Below are positions 18,801 to 29,317 of a DNA stretch of 64,000 nt, piece after piece (position 1 is the stretch's first letter; the number at the start of each line of letters is the position of its first letter). Source of the DNA: an uncultured Verrucomicrobia subdivision 3 bacterium (GTDB taxonomy: Bacteria > Verrucomicrobiota > Verrucomicrobiia > Limisphaerales > DASXHY01); the NCBI GenBank assembly GCA_937890005.1, contig CALBZA010000085.1, forward strand, positions 2,366 through 66,365, written 5' to 3'. The position numbers and the translations under genes are program-made. The notes under the pieces were generated by a model, which saw only the letters and a program-made list of their open reading frames with translations, made no database searches and had not been told where the DNA came from.

Positions 18801-20496
18801 TGAAGGCGGCGAATTGCCCGGCAAGAAGGTTTATCCGTGGGTCGCCAAGACGCGCGGAACGACTGCGGGCGTTGGACTCATTTCACCTCCGCCGCATCAC
18901 GACATTTACTCGATCGAAGATCTGGCCGAGTTGATTCATGACCTCAAGAACGCGAACCGCCACGCGCGCATCAGCGTGAAGCTGGTGGCTGAAGTCGGCG
19001 TCGGCACCGTTGCGGCCGGTGTGGCGAAGGCGCACGCGGACGTGGTGCTCATCAGCGGTCATGACGGCGGCACGGGTGCTTCTCCGTTGTCATCGATCAA
19101 GCACGCGGGCGGACCTTGGGAACTCGGCCTGGCCGAGACGCACCAGACGCTCGTGTTGAACAATCTCCGCAGCCGCATCTATGTCGAAACGGACGGCCAG
19201 TTGAAAACCGGCCGCGACGTCGCCGTGGCGGCACTGCTTGGCGCTGAGGAATTCGGTTTCGCAACCGCACCCCTTGTGGTGCTCGGTTGCATCATGATGC
19301 GCGTCTGCCATCTGAATACCTGCCCGGTCGGCGTGGCGACGCAGGACCCGCGCCTGCGCGAACGCTTCACCGGCGATCCCGCGCACGTGGTGAACTTCAT
19401 GCGCTTCATCGCTGAGGAGCTCCGCGAGATCATGGCCAAGCTCGGTTTCCGCACGATCGAAGAAATGATCGGTCGCACGGATCGCTTGAATCCGTCGAAG
19501 GCGATCGATCATTGGAAGGCGAAGGGCGTTGACCTGACGCCGATCCTGCATCAGCCGGAGGTTGGGCCGGAGGTCGGACGTTTCCGCCAGATGGACCAGG
19601 ATCATGGACTCGAGAAATCGCTCGATCTCACGAAGATTCTTGATGCCTGCAAACCGGCGATCGAACGCGGCGAAAAGGTCAAAGCCGAATTCCCGATCAT
19701 CAACGTGAACCGCGTTGTCGGAACCATCACCGGCAGCGAAGTCACGAAGAAATACGGCGCAACGGGTCTGCCGGAAGATACGATTCAGCTCAAGTTCAAC
19801 GGCAGCGCAGGCCAGAGCTTCGGTGCGTTCGTTCCGAAGGGGATGACGCTTGAACTCGAAGGCGACGCGAACGATTACTTCGGCAAAGGCCTCAGCGGCG
19901 GAAAACTGATTGTGTATCCGCCGAAAGGTTCAACCTTTGTTGCGGAAGACAACATCATCATCGGCAACGTGGCGCTTTACGGCGCGACCGGTGGTGAAAT
20001 CTACGTGCGCGGCATGGCGGGCGAACGCTTCGGCGTCCGTAACTCCGGCGTGAGCGCAGTGGTCGAAGCTGTCGGCGATCATGGCTGCGAATACATGACG
20101 GGCGGACGTGTGGTTGTCCTGGGCAAAACCGGACGCAACTTCGCCGCGGGCATGTCGGGCGGCGTGGCCTACGTGCTCGATGAAGCCGGCGATTTCGCCA
20201 GCCATTGCAACATGGAAATGGTTGGGCTCAAGAAGCTCGAGGACGCGGACGAAATCGAGCAGGTCTGGAAGCTGATTCAACGGCATCAGACCTACACCCA
20301 GAGCGAACGCGCGGCGAAGATTCTGGCCGACTGGAAGAATTACGTGCCGAAGTTCGTGAAGGTGTTGCCGCACGACTATGGCCGTGTGCTGGCCGAGCTG
20401 AAGAAGGCGGAGGCAAGCGGACTGAGCGGTGATGAAGCCATCATGGCTGCATTCGAAGCCAACGTTCGCGATGTCGCCCGCGTCGGTGGCGGCTGA
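15847..20496 (+). CDS. gltB: glutamate synthase large subunit
   Basis: 1549 aa. The N-terminal amidotransferase motif is [10 protein letters not shown], and the FMN, Fe-S and GXGXG domains are recognisable throughout. Confidence 0.95.
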   Translation: MTMSSNIAGHNNDQPVILGPPQKQGLYDPQFEHDACGVGFIVHIKGKKSHQIVTDALQILVNLDHRGACGCETNTGDGAGILMQLPHEFLRKETEKLGFKLPEFGQYGLGMLFMPKDASEREAVKAEIAKIVGEESQMLLGWRDIPTDNSSLGNTAKASEPHMMQVFIGRNPSIKDDAAFERKLYVIRKVAEQRIRYGNGAKIPGGKWFYVSSLSSRTAIYKGMLMPEQVGKYFPDLRNPDMVTALALVHSRFSTNTFPSWDRSHPYRFIAHNGEINTLRGNINWMHAAQANFVSDLFGPDIKKLLPVINTDGSDSAMFDNAVELLVMAGRELPHAMMMMIPEPWENHETMDPERRAFYEYHSCLMEPWDGPASVAFTDGFRIGACLDRNGLRPSRYYVTKDDLVIMASEAGVLPIAPDRVATKGRLQPGRMFLVDTIEGRIVADEELKKKYASAHPYRKWLDEHHVLLENLPEPNIETQPEHRKILQRQQCFGYTFEDLRFIVGPMANDGVQPLGSMGTDTPLAVLSNKPQLLYNYFKQLFAQVTNPPIDPIREEIITSTETMVGARGGLLKPTPESCALIKLEHPLLTDEQLEKLRHVNRPGFKAATLPILFKAADKAKGLEAALNGLFAAADKAIEDGATILILSDRGISREMAPIPALLAVAGLHHHLIREGTRSRCGLVLESGEPREVHHFALLIGYGASAINPYLAYDTIDDLIAEGLLVNTDHKTAVKKYIKAAIKGVVKTMAKMGISTIQSYRGAQIFEAVGLNSEVVDKYFTWTPSRIQGVGLDVIAEEAVTRHRHAFPDREVNGELEAGGQYQWRDNGEYHLFNPQTIHKLQIGCRLGSYKIFKEYSELVNNQSRNLCTLRGLLDFKWAENPIPLEEVESVDSIVKRFKTGAMSYGSISKEAHEALAIAMNRLGGKSNTGEGGEDPERFTWTNEKGDSKNSAIKQVASGRFGVTSHYLVNAKELQIKMAQGAKPGEGGELPGKKVYPWVAKTRGTTAGVGLISPPPHHDIYSIEDLAELIHDLKNANRHARISVKLVAEVGVGTVAAGVAKAHADVVLISGHDGGTGASPLSSIKHAGGPWELGLAETHQTLVLNNLRSRIYVETDGQLKTGRDVAVAALLGAEEFGFATAPLVVLGCIMMRVCHLNTCPVGVATQDPRLRERFTGDPAHVVNFMRFIAEELREIMAKLGFRTIEEMIGRTDRLNPSKAIDHWKAKGVDLTPILHQPEVGPEVGRFRQMDQDHGLEKSLDLTKILDACKPAIERGEKVKAEFPIINVNRVVGTITGSEVTKKYGATGLPEDTIQLKFNGSAGQSFGAFVPKGMTLELEGDANDYFGKGLSGGKLIVYPPKGSTFVAEDNIIIGNVALYGATGGEIYVRGMAGERFGVRNSGVSAVVEAVGDHGCEYMTGGRVVVLGKTGRNFAAGMSGGVAYVLDEAGDFASHCNMEMVGLKKLEDADEIEQVWKLIQRHQTYTQSERAAKILADWKNYVPKFVKVLPHDYGRVLAELKKAEASGLSGDEAIMAAFEANVRDVARVGGG

Positions 20497-20498
20497 TC

Positions 20499-20533
20499 AT
20501 CCGCAGATTTCGCAGATGAACGCAGATTCTCAG
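20499..20533. repeat. GCAGAT-word repeat, left flank of the GxxExxY gene
   Basis: ATCCGCAGATTTCGCAGATGAACGCAGATTCTCAG. Its reverse complement resembles the right-flank repeat at 20897-20927. Confidence 0.55.
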
Positions 20534-20950
20534 AAGCAAACGCGCGACCCAGAAACCTACGCGATTATCGGTGCGGCTATGGAAGTGCATCGACATCTGG
20601 GACACGGTTTTCTCGAAGCTGTGCATCAGGAAGCGTTGGCGTTAGAGCTTCAGGATCGCGGGATTCCTTTCGAACGGGAAGTGCCGCTGCCGGTGAGCTA
20701 TAAAGGAACACTGTTGCGTTGTTCGTATCGAGCGGACTTTTTGGTTCGGGGTGCAATAGTAATCGAGCTCAAGGCCATTACGCAGCCGACCGGAACGGAC
20801 GAAGCGCAATTGATTAACGAATTGAAAGCGACAGGAATCAATCGAGGACTTTTGTTCATCGGTTCACCGAGCCTTGAGTATAAACGCTTCGTTTTTAATC
20901 TGCGCGAATCAGCGCAATCTGCGGAAGAAACCTTTAACCACATCAACTGA
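20516..20950 (+). CDS. GxxExxY-family protein (PD-(D/E)XK-like fold), inserted between gltB and gltD
   Basis: ETYAIIGAAMEVHRHLGHGFLEAVHQEAL...YRADFLV...IVIELKA. The motif reads GFLEAVH, with His in place of Tyr. The start ATG 20516 lies inside a GCAGAT-word repeat. Confidence 0.7.
   Translation: MNADSQKQTRDPETYAIIGAAMEVHRHLGHGFLEAVHQEALALELQDRGIPFEREVPLPVSYKGTLLRCSYRADFLVRGAIVIELKAITQPTGTDEAQLINELKATGINRGLLFIGSPSLEYKRFVFNLRESAQSAEETFNHIN
20897..20927. repeat. ATCTGC-word repeat, right flank (inside the 3' end of the GxxExxY gene)
   Basis: AATCTGCGCGAATCAGCGCAATCTGCGGAAG, in inverted orientation relative to 20499-20533. Confidence 0.55.
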
Positions 20951-20962
20951 CAGGAGCATACC

Positions 20963-22447
20963 TTGGGTAAACCCACTGGATTTCTTGAATATCTGCGCGA
21001 GCTGCCGAAGGATCGGCCGGCCAAGGAGCGCATTGCGGACTGGAAGGAATTTCATTTCCACATGCCGGAGGCCGACCTGCGCAAGCAGGGCGCGCGCTGC
21101 ATGGATTGCGGCATTCCCTTCTGCCACACCGGCCAGCTCGTCAGCGGAATGGCCAGCGGCTGCCCGATTCACAACCTCATTCCCGAGTGGAACGATCTCG
21201 TCTATCGCGGCCTCTGGCGCGAAGCGCTCGATCGACTGCACAAGACGAACAATTTCCCCGAGTTCACCGGCCGCGTCTGCCCCGCTCCCTGCGAGGGTTC
21301 CTGCGTGCTCGGCATGAACAACCCGCCGGTCACGATCAAGAACATCGAATGTTCGATCATCGACCACGGCTGGGAGAACGGCTGGGTCGTTCCGCAGCCG
21401 CCGAAGAAGCGCACCGGAAAGAAAGTCGCCGTCGTCGGCTCCGGCCCCGCAGGTCTTTCTGCCGCCGCCCAGCTCAACAAGGCTGGACACGAAGTCACCG
21501 TTTTCGAGCGCGCGGATCGCCCCGGCGGCCTGCTCATGTACGGCATCCCGAACATGAAGCTCGACAAGAATGAAGTCGTCCTGCGCCGCCTCAAGGTGCT
21601 TGAGCAGGAAGGCATCAAGTTTGTCTGCAACACTGAGGTTGGAAAAAATCTTCCGGCCGAACAGCTTCTCAAGGATTTCGATGCCGTCGTGCTCTGCACC
21701 GGCGCCACGAAACCGCGCGACCTGCCGATTGAAGGCCGTCAGCTGAAGGGAATTCACTTTGCAATGGAATTCCTGACGGAGAACACCCGCGCCGTGCTGA
21801 ATCAGGACAAGAACGGCCAGTTCATCTCCGCTGAAGGCAAGGACGTCGTTGTAATCGGCGGCGGTGACACAGGAACCGATTGCGTGGGAACTTCAATCCG
21901 CCACGGCTGCAAAAGCCTGGTGCAGGTGGAAATTCTCCCGAAGCCGCCAATGGAGCGGGCCAAGGACAATCCGTGGCCCGAATGGCCGAAGGTCTATCGC
22001 ATGGACTACGGCCAGGAGGAAGCGGCGGAAGTGTTTGGCGCCGATCCCCGTGTTTATCTCACGACTGCGACGAAGTTCGAAGGTGACGAAAACGGCAATG
22101 TCAAAGCCGTCCATACCGTCCAGGTGCAATGGGAGAAGAACGACAAAGGTCAGTTCATTCCGAAGCACGTTCCGGGAACCGAGAAGGTCCTGCCGGCGCA
22201 ACTCGTGTTGCTGGCGATGGGATTCCTTGGGCCTGAACAACCGCTGCTCGACGCGCTGAACATCGAACGCGATGCGCGTTCAAACGTGAAGGCCGACTTC
22301 GAGAAGTATCACACGAACATCAAGGGCGTGTTCGCTGCCGGCGATTGTCGCCGGGGCCAGAGCCTTGTCGTGTGGGCCTTCAACGAAGGCCGTGGTGCAG
22401 CGCGCGAATGCGACCGTTACCTCATGGGCCACACGGACCTGCCGTAA
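20963..22447 (+). CDS. gltD: glutamate synthase small subunit (NADPH)
   Basis: The N-terminus [10 protein letters not shown] (TTG start) is typical of the family. It also has Cys clusters and the dinucleotide fold [14 protein letters not shown]. Confidence 0.9.
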   Translation: MGKPTGFLEYLRELPKDRPAKERIADWKEFHFHMPEADLRKQGARCMDCGIPFCHTGQLVSGMASGCPIHNLIPEWNDLVYRGLWREALDRLHKTNNFPEFTGRVCPAPCEGSCVLGMNNPPVTIKNIECSIIDHGWENGWVVPQPPKKRTGKKVAVVGSGPAGLSAAAQLNKAGHEVTVFERADRPGGLLMYGIPNMKLDKNEVVLRRLKVLEQEGIKFVCNTEVGKNLPAEQLLKDFDAVVLCTGATKPRDLPIEGRQLKGIHFAMEFLTENTRAVLNQDKNGQFISAEGKDVVVIGGGDTGTDCVGTSIRHGCKSLVQVEILPKPPMERAKDNPWPEWPKVYRMDYGQEEAAEVFGADPRVYLTTATKFEGDENGNVKAVHTVQVQWEKNDKGQFIPKHVPGTEKVLPAQLVLLAMGFLGPEQPLLDALNIERDARSNVKADFEKYHTNIKGVFAAGDCRRGQSLVVWAFNEGRGAARECDRYLMGHTDLP

Positions 22448-22576
22448 CGCCGGTCCGATCCACAGTCCGGGATTGTGAATAACCGCCGAACAGCTGGTGG
22501 ATAACCGCCAGCATGTTTTTCTCGTGGAGGTTGTTTCACGCAGGCAGATTGGGCGGCAAACATCACACACATTCTC

Positions 22577-23218
22577 ATGCAAGAAGAACGAGTCCTTTGT
22601 TTTGAACGGAAACTCCTGGAAGAGCTGGGAGTGTTTCAGGGATTGAACCTGGACGTGGAGAAATACCTTTCCGTGGCGACTCGTCCGGAGAATCTGATTT
22701 ATCTGAACCGCAGCGCCGCCGAGAACGACAAGAGTTACAAGCAGCTCATTCCTTACGTGTTGCTGATTTGCGGCGACAAAATCCTGCGTTATCGGCGCGG
22801 AAAAGGTGGTGGCGAATCCCGCCTGCACGGACTGTATTCGGTGGGAATTGGCGGCCACATCTCGGAGGAGGATCATCAGGGCTTTTCCAGCGATCCGTAT
22901 CGCGAGGGCATGAAGCGCGAACTGATGGAGGAACTGGGCATTGAGATCACCAGGGAAGTCGCCGTTGCCCTGATCAATGACGACAGCACCGACGTCGGCA
23001 GTGTTCATCTGGGCGTGGTTCACATCATGCACGTGCCAGATGAGAGTGTGGCGAGCGGTGACAGCGGCATTCTTGCCCCTGAATTTGTTTCCGTCAGTGA
23101 AGCGGTGAAGGACCTGTCGATTTACGAGTCTTGGTCCCGCTTCAGCCTGGAGCAACTGCCTCTCTTACTTTCCAAAGCCGCAGCGGCAGGCGTGGTTTCT
23201 GAGCAAATCGCCCGCTGA
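22577..23218 (+). CDS. NUDIX-domain protein
   Basis: Nudix-box-like GGHISEEDHQGFSSDPYREGMKRELMEELGI. Confidence 0.6.
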   Translation: MQEERVLCFERKLLEELGVFQGLNLDVEKYLSVATRPENLIYLNRSAAENDKSYKQLIPYVLLICGDKILRYRRGKGGGESRLHGLYSVGIGGHISEEDHQGFSSDPYREGMKRELMEELGIEITREVAVALINDDSTDVGSVHLGVVHIMHVPDESVASGDSGILAPEFVSVSEAVKDLSIYESWSRFSLEQLPLLLSKAAAAGVVSEQIAR

Positions 23219-23485
23219 ATTAATGGTGCTATCCTGGGCGAGCCGACGACGGCGGGAGAAACGGTCATCAACGATAGAGGGTCCCATTCCCGACGTGCGG
23301 GACAAGGAATCGAATGACTGGGCTTTGGCAGAGCTCCGTTTGCAACGTCCTTGAGCATCCTGTCCGAGGAGTGGGATCACCGTTTCAACCAGACTTTCCC
23401 CAAGAGTTTCCCCGGTTTCCGGTCGGGACTCCTCCTGAATTGAAATTCTGTATTCGATGCCATTGAAACGGGGAGACTCTCCTCT

Positions 23486-23502
23486 ATTCTTGTGACAAGA
23501 AT
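23486..23502. promoter_or_regulatory. perfect 17-bp palindrome ATTCTTGT-G-ACAAGAAT (operator-like)
   Basis: Read directly from the sequence. It lies about 200 bp upstream of the histidine kinase start, inside a 480-bp non-coding gap. Confidence 0.35.
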
Positions 23503-23700
23503 GAATTGACCCAATGGCTCGCGTATGGATCATCTAACGGTTGTGACAGCAGCAGGAAAGTTGTATTTCGCATCGTCTGACAAGGGAAAGCCGCGGATTG
23601 TCAGATGCGGTTCGCTGGTCACATCGACTGGTTCTCAATCGCCGGAAACCTGTCACAAACGGCAACAGTTGTTCCTCACGCTCGCCGGCCCACTCTCGAA

Positions 23701-25734
23701 ATGAAAACGCTTCTCGTGCTGGCTCCGCATCCTGAACTGGTTGAAACTCTCCGAACGGGACTCAACCCGGAACAATACCGGATCGTCCACCGCGTCAGCG
23801 TCGATGACGCCGAACCGCTGCTGGCCCATGGCCTCGCCGATGCCTGCATCATCGACGTCGAACTCGCGGGCGTTCAGGAAGTCTGGATTCTCGAAAAGCT
23901 TCGCCGCCGTGCTGCGCGTTGTCCGATTATTCTCTTTGCCGGCGCAAAACAGTGGGAATGGGAGGAGGAAGCTTACCTGAAGGGCGCGACCCATGTTTTA
24001 ACCAAGCCAGTCCGGATGAAGATGCTCAGTGCTTTGCTCGAAAGGCTCTGGGCAACGTCGTCTCCGAATCTTTCTTCAAAGGACCCGGTGCCTGAGATTC
24101 CAAAGCCCGCTGAGCCTGTCCTTGCTCAACCGTCTGCTCAGACCAGCTATCAAAGCCTTGGAGCGCTCCGCGGTTTCTCGGCAATCCTCACCCATTCGCT
24201 TGATGCCGAGGCGATGCTCAAGCAGTTCCTGCTGCTGCTGCGTGAATTGATCGGCATCAACCGCGCCGCAGTATTCCTGCATCAGCCGTCGCAGTGGATG
24301 GGACAGAAGCTTCCGATTGAAGATGGCAGCCGGCTGCGCGCTGCCTGCGCGATCGGGGTGTCGCCCGGCCTGCTCGAGCATTTTGAACTTTCGTTTGAAA
24401 CCGGCATTGGCGGCCAGGTGACGCGGCTGGGACGTATTCTCCGCCGCAACAGTGAGGAAGCCCGGCGCGATCGCGAAACGCAGAAGGAATTTGAATTGCT
24501 CGGCACTCAGGTCGCCGTTCCGATTCTCGACCGCGAAACTGTGGTGGGTGTTGCTGTGTTCGATGGACGCATCACCGGCGAGCCGCTGGCAAACGCGGAA
24601 CTCGAATTGATCTTCCACCTGCTCGAACAGGTCGGTCTCGCCGTGAAGAACATCTGGCTGCACGACCAGCTGGCCGGCAATCACGAGATGATGGCGGGCA
24701 TCTTGCGGGAACTGAACAATGCCTGTGTCGTGGTCAGCCGCGATCTTGCGGTGCTTCATTCCAACAAGACCGCGCGCCGTTTCTTCACGATTTCGAATCG
24801 ACAAACCGGCGAGCTGGAGTTCAGCGATCTACCGCAAGCCATCGGGGCGAAGGTTTATCAGGTGCTGAAAACCGGCAGTGCCATTCCGCCGTTCAAGTAT
24901 TCGCCCGATAACGAAAGTGGCACGATCTACAACGTCAGCATCGTTCCATTCCATCGCCAAAGCTCATCGCAACCGGCGTCGGCGTTGCTGATGGTTGAGG
25001 ATTTGACGCAGACCGAACAGTTGCGCCGGCTGGAATTGGAAACGGCGAACCTGCGCCTGATCCGCACGATGGCCGATCGTCTCGCGCACGAAGTCGGCAA
25101 TGCAATGGTTCCGCTTTCCACGCACCAGCAGCTGCTCGCGGACAAATACAAGGATCCGGAATTTCGCGCGTCGCTCGATGCTGCGCTCGCCGATGGCGTC
25201 AAGCGCGTCACGCGTTTGATCAATCAGATGCGGTTCCTCGCCCGCGATTCCGTTCTGACCCAGGAGGCCTTCCCGGTTACGCCGTTGATCGAAGAGGCGT
25301 ATCAGGAAGCGCGCAAGCATCAGCCGGTGAAAACTGCGGAGTTCAAGTATGACGACGAAAACAAGCCGTTCGTTGTCACAGGCGATCGTGCGGCATTGAA
25401 GCACGCATTGACCGAGGTGATCATCAACGCGCTGCAGGCCAATCCCGCGAACCCGAAGATCGGTGTCCGCCTGCACGAACACGCCAATGGCAACGGTCAT
25501 CGCGGCCTCGAGATTGAGGTTCAGGACAATGGTTCCGGGTTCACCAACGAAGCCGTTCAAAACGCAGCCGCTCCGTTCTTCACGACAAGAAATGTCGGTC
25601 TCGGCCTCGGCCTCGCGGTGAGCCGCAAGATCATTGAAACGCATCACGGCAAGCTGGAGATCGTGGCGCCGAAGACCGGTCAATCAGGAATCGTGAGGAT
25701 TTCGCTTCCAGTCGAGACGTCGCTGAAAGCCTGA
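23701..25734 (+). CDS. sensor histidine kinase with N-terminal receiver-like domain, GAF and PAS-like regions
   Basis: H-box LAHEVGNAMVPL, an N/G-box region ending in GLGLGLAVSRKIIETHHG, and an N-terminal CheY-like fold (IIDVEL...LTKP). The likely start is ATG 23701 in track ORF 23605..25734. Confidence 0.8.
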   Translation: MKTLLVLAPHPELVETLRTGLNPEQYRIVHRVSVDDAEPLLAHGLADACIIDVELAGVQEVWILEKLRRRAARCPIILFAGAKQWEWEEEAYLKGATHVLTKPVRMKMLSALLERLWATSSPNLSSKDPVPEIPKPAEPVLAQPSAQTSYQSLGALRGFSAILTHSLDAEAMLKQFLLLLRELIGINRAAVFLHQPSQWMGQKLPIEDGSRLRAACAIGVSPGLLEHFELSFETGIGGQVTRLGRILRRNSEEARRDRETQKEFELLGTQVAVPILDRETVVGVAVFDGRITGEPLANAELELIFHLLEQVGLAVKNIWLHDQLAGNHEMMAGILRELNNACVVVSRDLAVLHSNKTARRFFTISNRQTGELEFSDLPQAIGAKVYQVLKTGSAIPPFKYSPDNESGTIYNVSIVPFHRQSSSQPASALLMVEDLTQTEQLRRLELETANLRLIRTMADRLAHEVGNAMVPLSTHQQLLADKYKDPEFRASLDAALADGVKRVTRLINQMRFLARDSVLTQEAFPVTPLIEEAYQEARKHQPVKTAEFKYDDENKPFVVTGDRAALKHALTEVIINALQANPANPKIGVRLHEHANGNGHRGLEIEVQDNGSGFTNEAVQNAAAPFFTTRNVGLGLGLAVSRKIIETHHGKLEIVAPKTGQSGIVRISLPVETSLKA

Positions 25735-25758
25735 TCTGAAAAGCAGAAGACACTGTTC

Positions 25759-25787
25759 AAACTGCGGCCGGTCAGGCCGCAGTTTTT
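25759..25787. terminator. bidirectional rho-independent terminator between convergent genes
   Basis: Perfect 11-bp stem AAACTGCGGCC / GGCCGCAGTTT with loop GGTCA. The T tract 25783-25787 overlaps the end of the descending arm. Confidence 0.75.
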
Positions 25788-25789
25788 GC

Positions 25790-27754
25790 TTACTGGATCA
25801 ACCCTTTCTTACGGAGCATCGCTTCCATCGCTTTGTCCATCAGCAGTTCAGCCAGCGGTTTTGTGACCTCGTCGAGCGCGGAACAGGCGGATTGAAGTTG
25901 TTTCAAATCGCCCGCTTTCTCCTCCGAACCGGTCGAAAGTGCGGACGAAACATTCGCGAGTGCAGACTGAAGCTGTTCGCGATATTCGGGGCTGATCTCT
26001 CCGGCGCAATCGTTGATTCCTGATTCTGTTGCGGAAATCAGCGCCTTTGCCTTGAGTGTCGCCTCGATCCAGCGTCTTACTGCCAGGTCATCAAAAGCGT
26101 GTTCGACTGATTCCTCCACCATTTGTTGAACGGCGGCGTCATCGACGTCCACCGCGGATTTCATTTCGACCACCTTTTCGCGACCGGTCTTTGTATCGCG
26201 GGCAAGCACATGAAGAATCCCGTTCGCGTCGATTTCAAATTGGACGCCGACTCGCGGAACACCGCGTGGGGCAGGCTCGAAATCGAGGGTAAACTTTCCA
26301 AGGCTCCAATTGTCCTTGGCCCGTTCGCGTTCGCCCTGCAACACATGGATCAACATGTCGCGCTGGTGATCGACTGCGGTTGTGAACATTTCGCCGGCCT
26401 TTACCGGAATGGTGGTGTTGCGCGGAATGATGACATTCATCAAACCGCCGAACGTTTCGAGGCCAAGCGAAAGGGGCGTGACATCGAGCAGCAGCACATT
26501 CTGGAAACCGCCGGAAAGAATCTCCGCCTGAATCGCCGCGCCAAGGGCCACGGCTTCGTCCGGATTTTGCGACGTGTTCAGCTGCGGGCCGGAGCCTTTG
26601 TGAAAATCGCTGCCGATGCGGATGCCGCCGCGCGTCTCTTCAAAGTCCGAACAACCGAACCATTCGCTCACGAGCTGGCGCACCAGCGGCATTCGAGTCT
26701 GGCCACCGACAAGAATCACCTGATCGAGATCCTTCGCCTCAAGCTTGGCGTCGGCCAGTGAACGCAGGCAATGTTCGCGCGTCTTCAGAATGACATCGCG
26801 GGAAAGCTGTTCCAGTTCAGCGCGCGTCAGTTTGTGGCTGAAGCTGAAGTCCGCGGTGAGAAAAGGCAGCGTGATCTCGACTTCGGTCTCTGTGGAAAGC
26901 TGGATCTTGGCCTGTTCGGCGGCTTCTCGAATGCGAGAGAAAATTGTCAGCGATTGTGAATCGGTTGGTCGGTGAGCCGGTGAGTCGGAGGCCGCTGGAT
27001 TGTTTTTCGCGTGTCTCAGCGATTCGATTCGTGGGGCGATCTTTGTGAGGAGAAAATCGACGATGCGTTTGTCGATGTCGTCGCCGCCGAGGCGCGTGTT
27101 GCCGTTCGTGGCGAGCACCTGGAAAACGCCGTTGTTGAGTTCAAGGATGGAAAGATCGAACGTGCCGCCGCCGAGATCGTAAACCGCGATCTTTGCCTTC
27201 TCGTGAAGCCGGTTGAGTCCGTAGGCAAGTGCCGCCGCGGTGGGTTCGTTCACGATACGTTCCACCGTAAATCCTGCCAGTTCGCCGGCATGTTTGGTTG
27301 CGTTTCGCTGCGCGTCGTTGAAATACGCCGGAACCGTGATGACGGCGCGATTAACGGGTTCGCCGAAATACGCCTCGGCATCGCGTTTCAATTTCTTCAG
27401 CACTTCGGCGGAGACTTCCTCCGGCGACAAATCCCTGCCGTGAATCGGAATTGTCACCGGTCCGGCGCCACTGCCTTTGACAGGATAGGTCACAAGCATT
27501 TCCTCGCGGGAGATGTCGGAGCCGCGGCGTCCGATGAATCGTTTGACCGAATAGACCGTTTCAGCCGGCTTCACGATTTGGACGCGGCCTGCGGGATGGC
27601 CCACGAGAGGTTCGGCATCCGGTCCGGGCCAGTGAACGACGGATGGCGTCAGCCTCCGGCCTTCCGCATCGGCGATCACCAGCGGAATGCCGGAGTCCAC
27701 CGTGGCGACGAGCGAGTTGGTTGTGCCGAGATCGATGCCGAGAATTTTACTCAC
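25790..27754 (-). CDS. Hsp70-family chaperone, HscA-like
   Basis: [22 protein letters not shown], and a C-terminal helical lid ending in [25 protein letters not shown]. The probable start is GTG 27754 ([10 protein letters not shown]); the track ORF extends to 27832. Confidence 0.8.
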   Translation of the reverse strand: MSKILGIDLGTTNSLVATVDSGIPLVIADAEGRRLTPSVVHWPGPDAEPLVGHPAGRVQIVKPAETVYSVKRFIGRRGSDISREEMLVTYPVKGSGAGPVTIPIHGRDLSPEEVSAEVLKKLKRDAEAYFGEPVNRAVITVPAYFNDAQRNATKHAGELAGFTVERIVNEPTAAALAYGLNRLHEKAKIAVYDLGGGTFDLSILELNNGVFQVLATNGNTRLGGDDIDKRIVDFLLTKIAPRIESLRHAKNNPAASDSPAHRPTDSQSLTIFSRIREAAEQAKIQLSTETEVEITLPFLTADFSFSHKLTRAELEQLSRDVILKTREHCLRSLADAKLEAKDLDQVILVGGQTRMPLVRQLVSEWFGCSDFEETRGGIRIGSDFHKGSGPQLNTSQNPDEAVALGAAIQAEILSGGFQNVLLLDVTPLSLGLETFGGLMNVIIPRNTTIPVKAGEMFTTAVDHQRDMLIHVLQGERERAKDNWSLGKFTLDFEPAPRGVPRVGVQFEIDANGILHVLARDTKTGREKVVEMKSAVDVDDAAVQQMVEESVEHAFDDLAVRRWIEATLKAKALISATESGINDCAGEISPEYREQLQSALANVSSALSTGSEEKAGDLKQLQSACSALDEVTKPLAELLMDKAMEAMLRKKGLIQ

Positions 27755-27841
27755 GCGCAGAACCTGCCACGACGTTTCCGGCGGGGGCAAGAGCACAGTG
27801 AATAAGCTTGGCAATTCGACTGCTGCCAACATTCATTAAGT

Positions 27842-28489
27842 ATGAACTGCATCGTAACCGCCGGGCCGACTTATGAGAAAATGGATGCTGTCCGGCGTCT
27901 GACCAATTTTTCCACCGGCCGCCTGGGAACTGAGCTGGCCAATTTCCTGACGGCGCGTGGGCACAATGTCACGTTGTTGATCGGCGAACAGGCGACCTAC
28001 ACGGGAGAACGTCGTGTGACTCAGACCGAGTTGTTCAACACGACTGCCGATCTGCGGGAGCGCTTGCAGTCGCATGCGAGCGGAACGGACGCTGTTTTTC
28101 ACGCCGCTGCGGTGAGCGATTTCACCTTTGGCAAAATCTGGGTGCGCTCGCCTCAAGGCGATTTGAGCGAGGTGAAGTCTGGAAAGATTTCGACGCGCCA
28201 GGGAACGCTCATGGCGGAGCTGGTTCCAACTCCGAAAATCATCTCTGAACTGCGCGACTGGTATCCGAAGGCGAAGTTGATCGGCTGGAAATATGAAGTG
28301 GAGGGAGACCGTAACAGCGTGATTGCCGCAGCTTCAAAGCAGCTTCATGAATGCCTCACGGACATCTGCGTTGCCAACGGTGCGGCGTATGGGGACGGAT
28401 TCGGCATCGTCACCCCAAACGGTCGTTGCACTCACGTGGAAGGAGCAACCGCCTTGTTCGAAACGCTTGAGGCCAGTGTTCGGAAGTGA
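27842..28489 (+). CDS. phosphopantothenate-cysteine ligase-like protein (stand-alone CoaB / DFP C-terminal domain)
   Basis: IVTAGPTYEKMDAVRRLTNFSTGRLG matches the CoaB nucleotide-binding N-terminus. The protein is 215 aa. Confidence 0.65.
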   Translation: MNCIVTAGPTYEKMDAVRRLTNFSTGRLGTELANFLTARGHNVTLLIGEQATYTGERRVTQTELFNTTADLRERLQSHASGTDAVFHAAAVSDFTFGKIWVRSPQGDLSEVKSGKISTRQGTLMAELVPTPKIISELRDWYPKAKLIGWKYEVEGDRNSVIAAASKQLHECLTDICVANGAAYGDGFGIVTPNGRCTHVEGATALFETLEASVRK

Positions 28490-28507
28490 TCGAGATTTGA
28501 ACTGGCG

Positions 28508-29284
28508 ATGAAGTTCAGGTGGACGCGGCGGAAGTTTCTGGCGGCTTCGTTGATCGGAGTTCCGACGGCTTTGCTCGGTTACGCCCGGTTCGTTGAACCC
28601 GACTGGATCAAGGTTCGAACCATTCGACTGGGGAATGGCGTTCCCAAACATCGGTTCGTTCATTTCACTGACCTTCACCACAAGGGCGATCGCGACGTGA
28701 CCCTCTCCGTCGTGAAAATCATCAACAGCCTGTCGCCCGATTTCGTTTGTTTCACCGGTGATCTGATTGAAGAGGAAGCGTATCTGTCCGAAGCGCTGGA
28801 GCTGCTGGGCGGAATCAAGGCGCCGGTTTATGGCGTGCCGGGCAATCACGACTATTGGAGCAAGGCGCCGATGGGTGTTTTTGCAAAGGGGTTCGAAGGA
28901 ATGGGTGGTGCCTGGTTGATGGACGAGGAGCGCGAGATCGCAGGCGGGAAGATCAATCTCATTGGCGCGAGCTGTCGCACGCACAGCCAGCCGCCCTTGA
29001 AACCGCGTGAAGGGGCTTTCAATCTTCTGCTCATGCATTATCCGGCATGGGCGAACCGTCTGAACGGACATCGATTCGATCTTCTGCTGGCGGGACATTC
29101 TCATGGCGGTCAGGTTCGAATTCCGTTTGTGGGATCGATCATCGTGCCGTTTAGCGTGGAGGGTTATGATCTCGGAATGTTCGACACGCCTGCGGGGAAG
29201 CTCTATGTGAACCCGGGCATCGGGTGGTTTCCTGTGCCGCTCCGGTTCAACTGCAGGCCGGAGATCACGGTGTTCGAAATCTGA
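28508..29284 (+). CDS. metallophosphoesterase with Tat-like signal (YaeI-like)
   Basis: TRRKFLAASL twin-arginine motif, plus the FTDLHH, GDL, GNHDYW and GHSHGGQ motifs. Confidence 0.8.
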   Translation: MKFRWTRRKFLAASLIGVPTALLGYARFVEPDWIKVRTIRLGNGVPKHRFVHFTDLHHKGDRDVTLSVVKIINSLSPDFVCFTGDLIEEEAYLSEALELLGGIKAPVYGVPGNHDYWSKAPMGVFAKGFEGMGGAWLMDEEREIAGGKINLIGASCRTHSQPPLKPREGAFNLLLMHYPAWANRLNGHRFDLLLAGHSHGGQVRIPFVGSIIVPFSVEGYDLGMFDTPAGKLYVNPGIGWFPVPLRFNCRPEITVFEI

Positions 29285-29317
29285 GCGGGTTGGAAAGCAT
29301 TCCACGTTGAAGCGTTC

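Noticed and set aside
15844-19605. Several 170-345-aa minus-strand ORFs inside gltB (15844..16707, 16822..17859, 17881..18744, 19090..19605)
   Set aside because: All are shadow ORFs opposite the 1549-aa glutamate synthase gene, whose identity is unambiguous.
23389-23401. A minus-strand GGGGAAAGTCTGG resembling the RNase P RNA P4 motif GAGGAAAGUCCGG
   Set aside because: I read the whole 380-nt region on the minus strand. The other universally conserved RNase P segments are absent: the GUGCCAGGUAACGCCUGGG-like and ACAGAACCCGGCUUA-like stretches. The match is most likely chance.
27809-27824. TGGCAATTCGACTGCT, a sigma54-like GG-N10-GC match upstream of the coaB-like gene
   Set aside because: Both half-sites are weak (TGGCAA and CTGCT), there is no upstream palindrome, and the downstream gene is a housekeeping gene. 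The match is within chance expectation.
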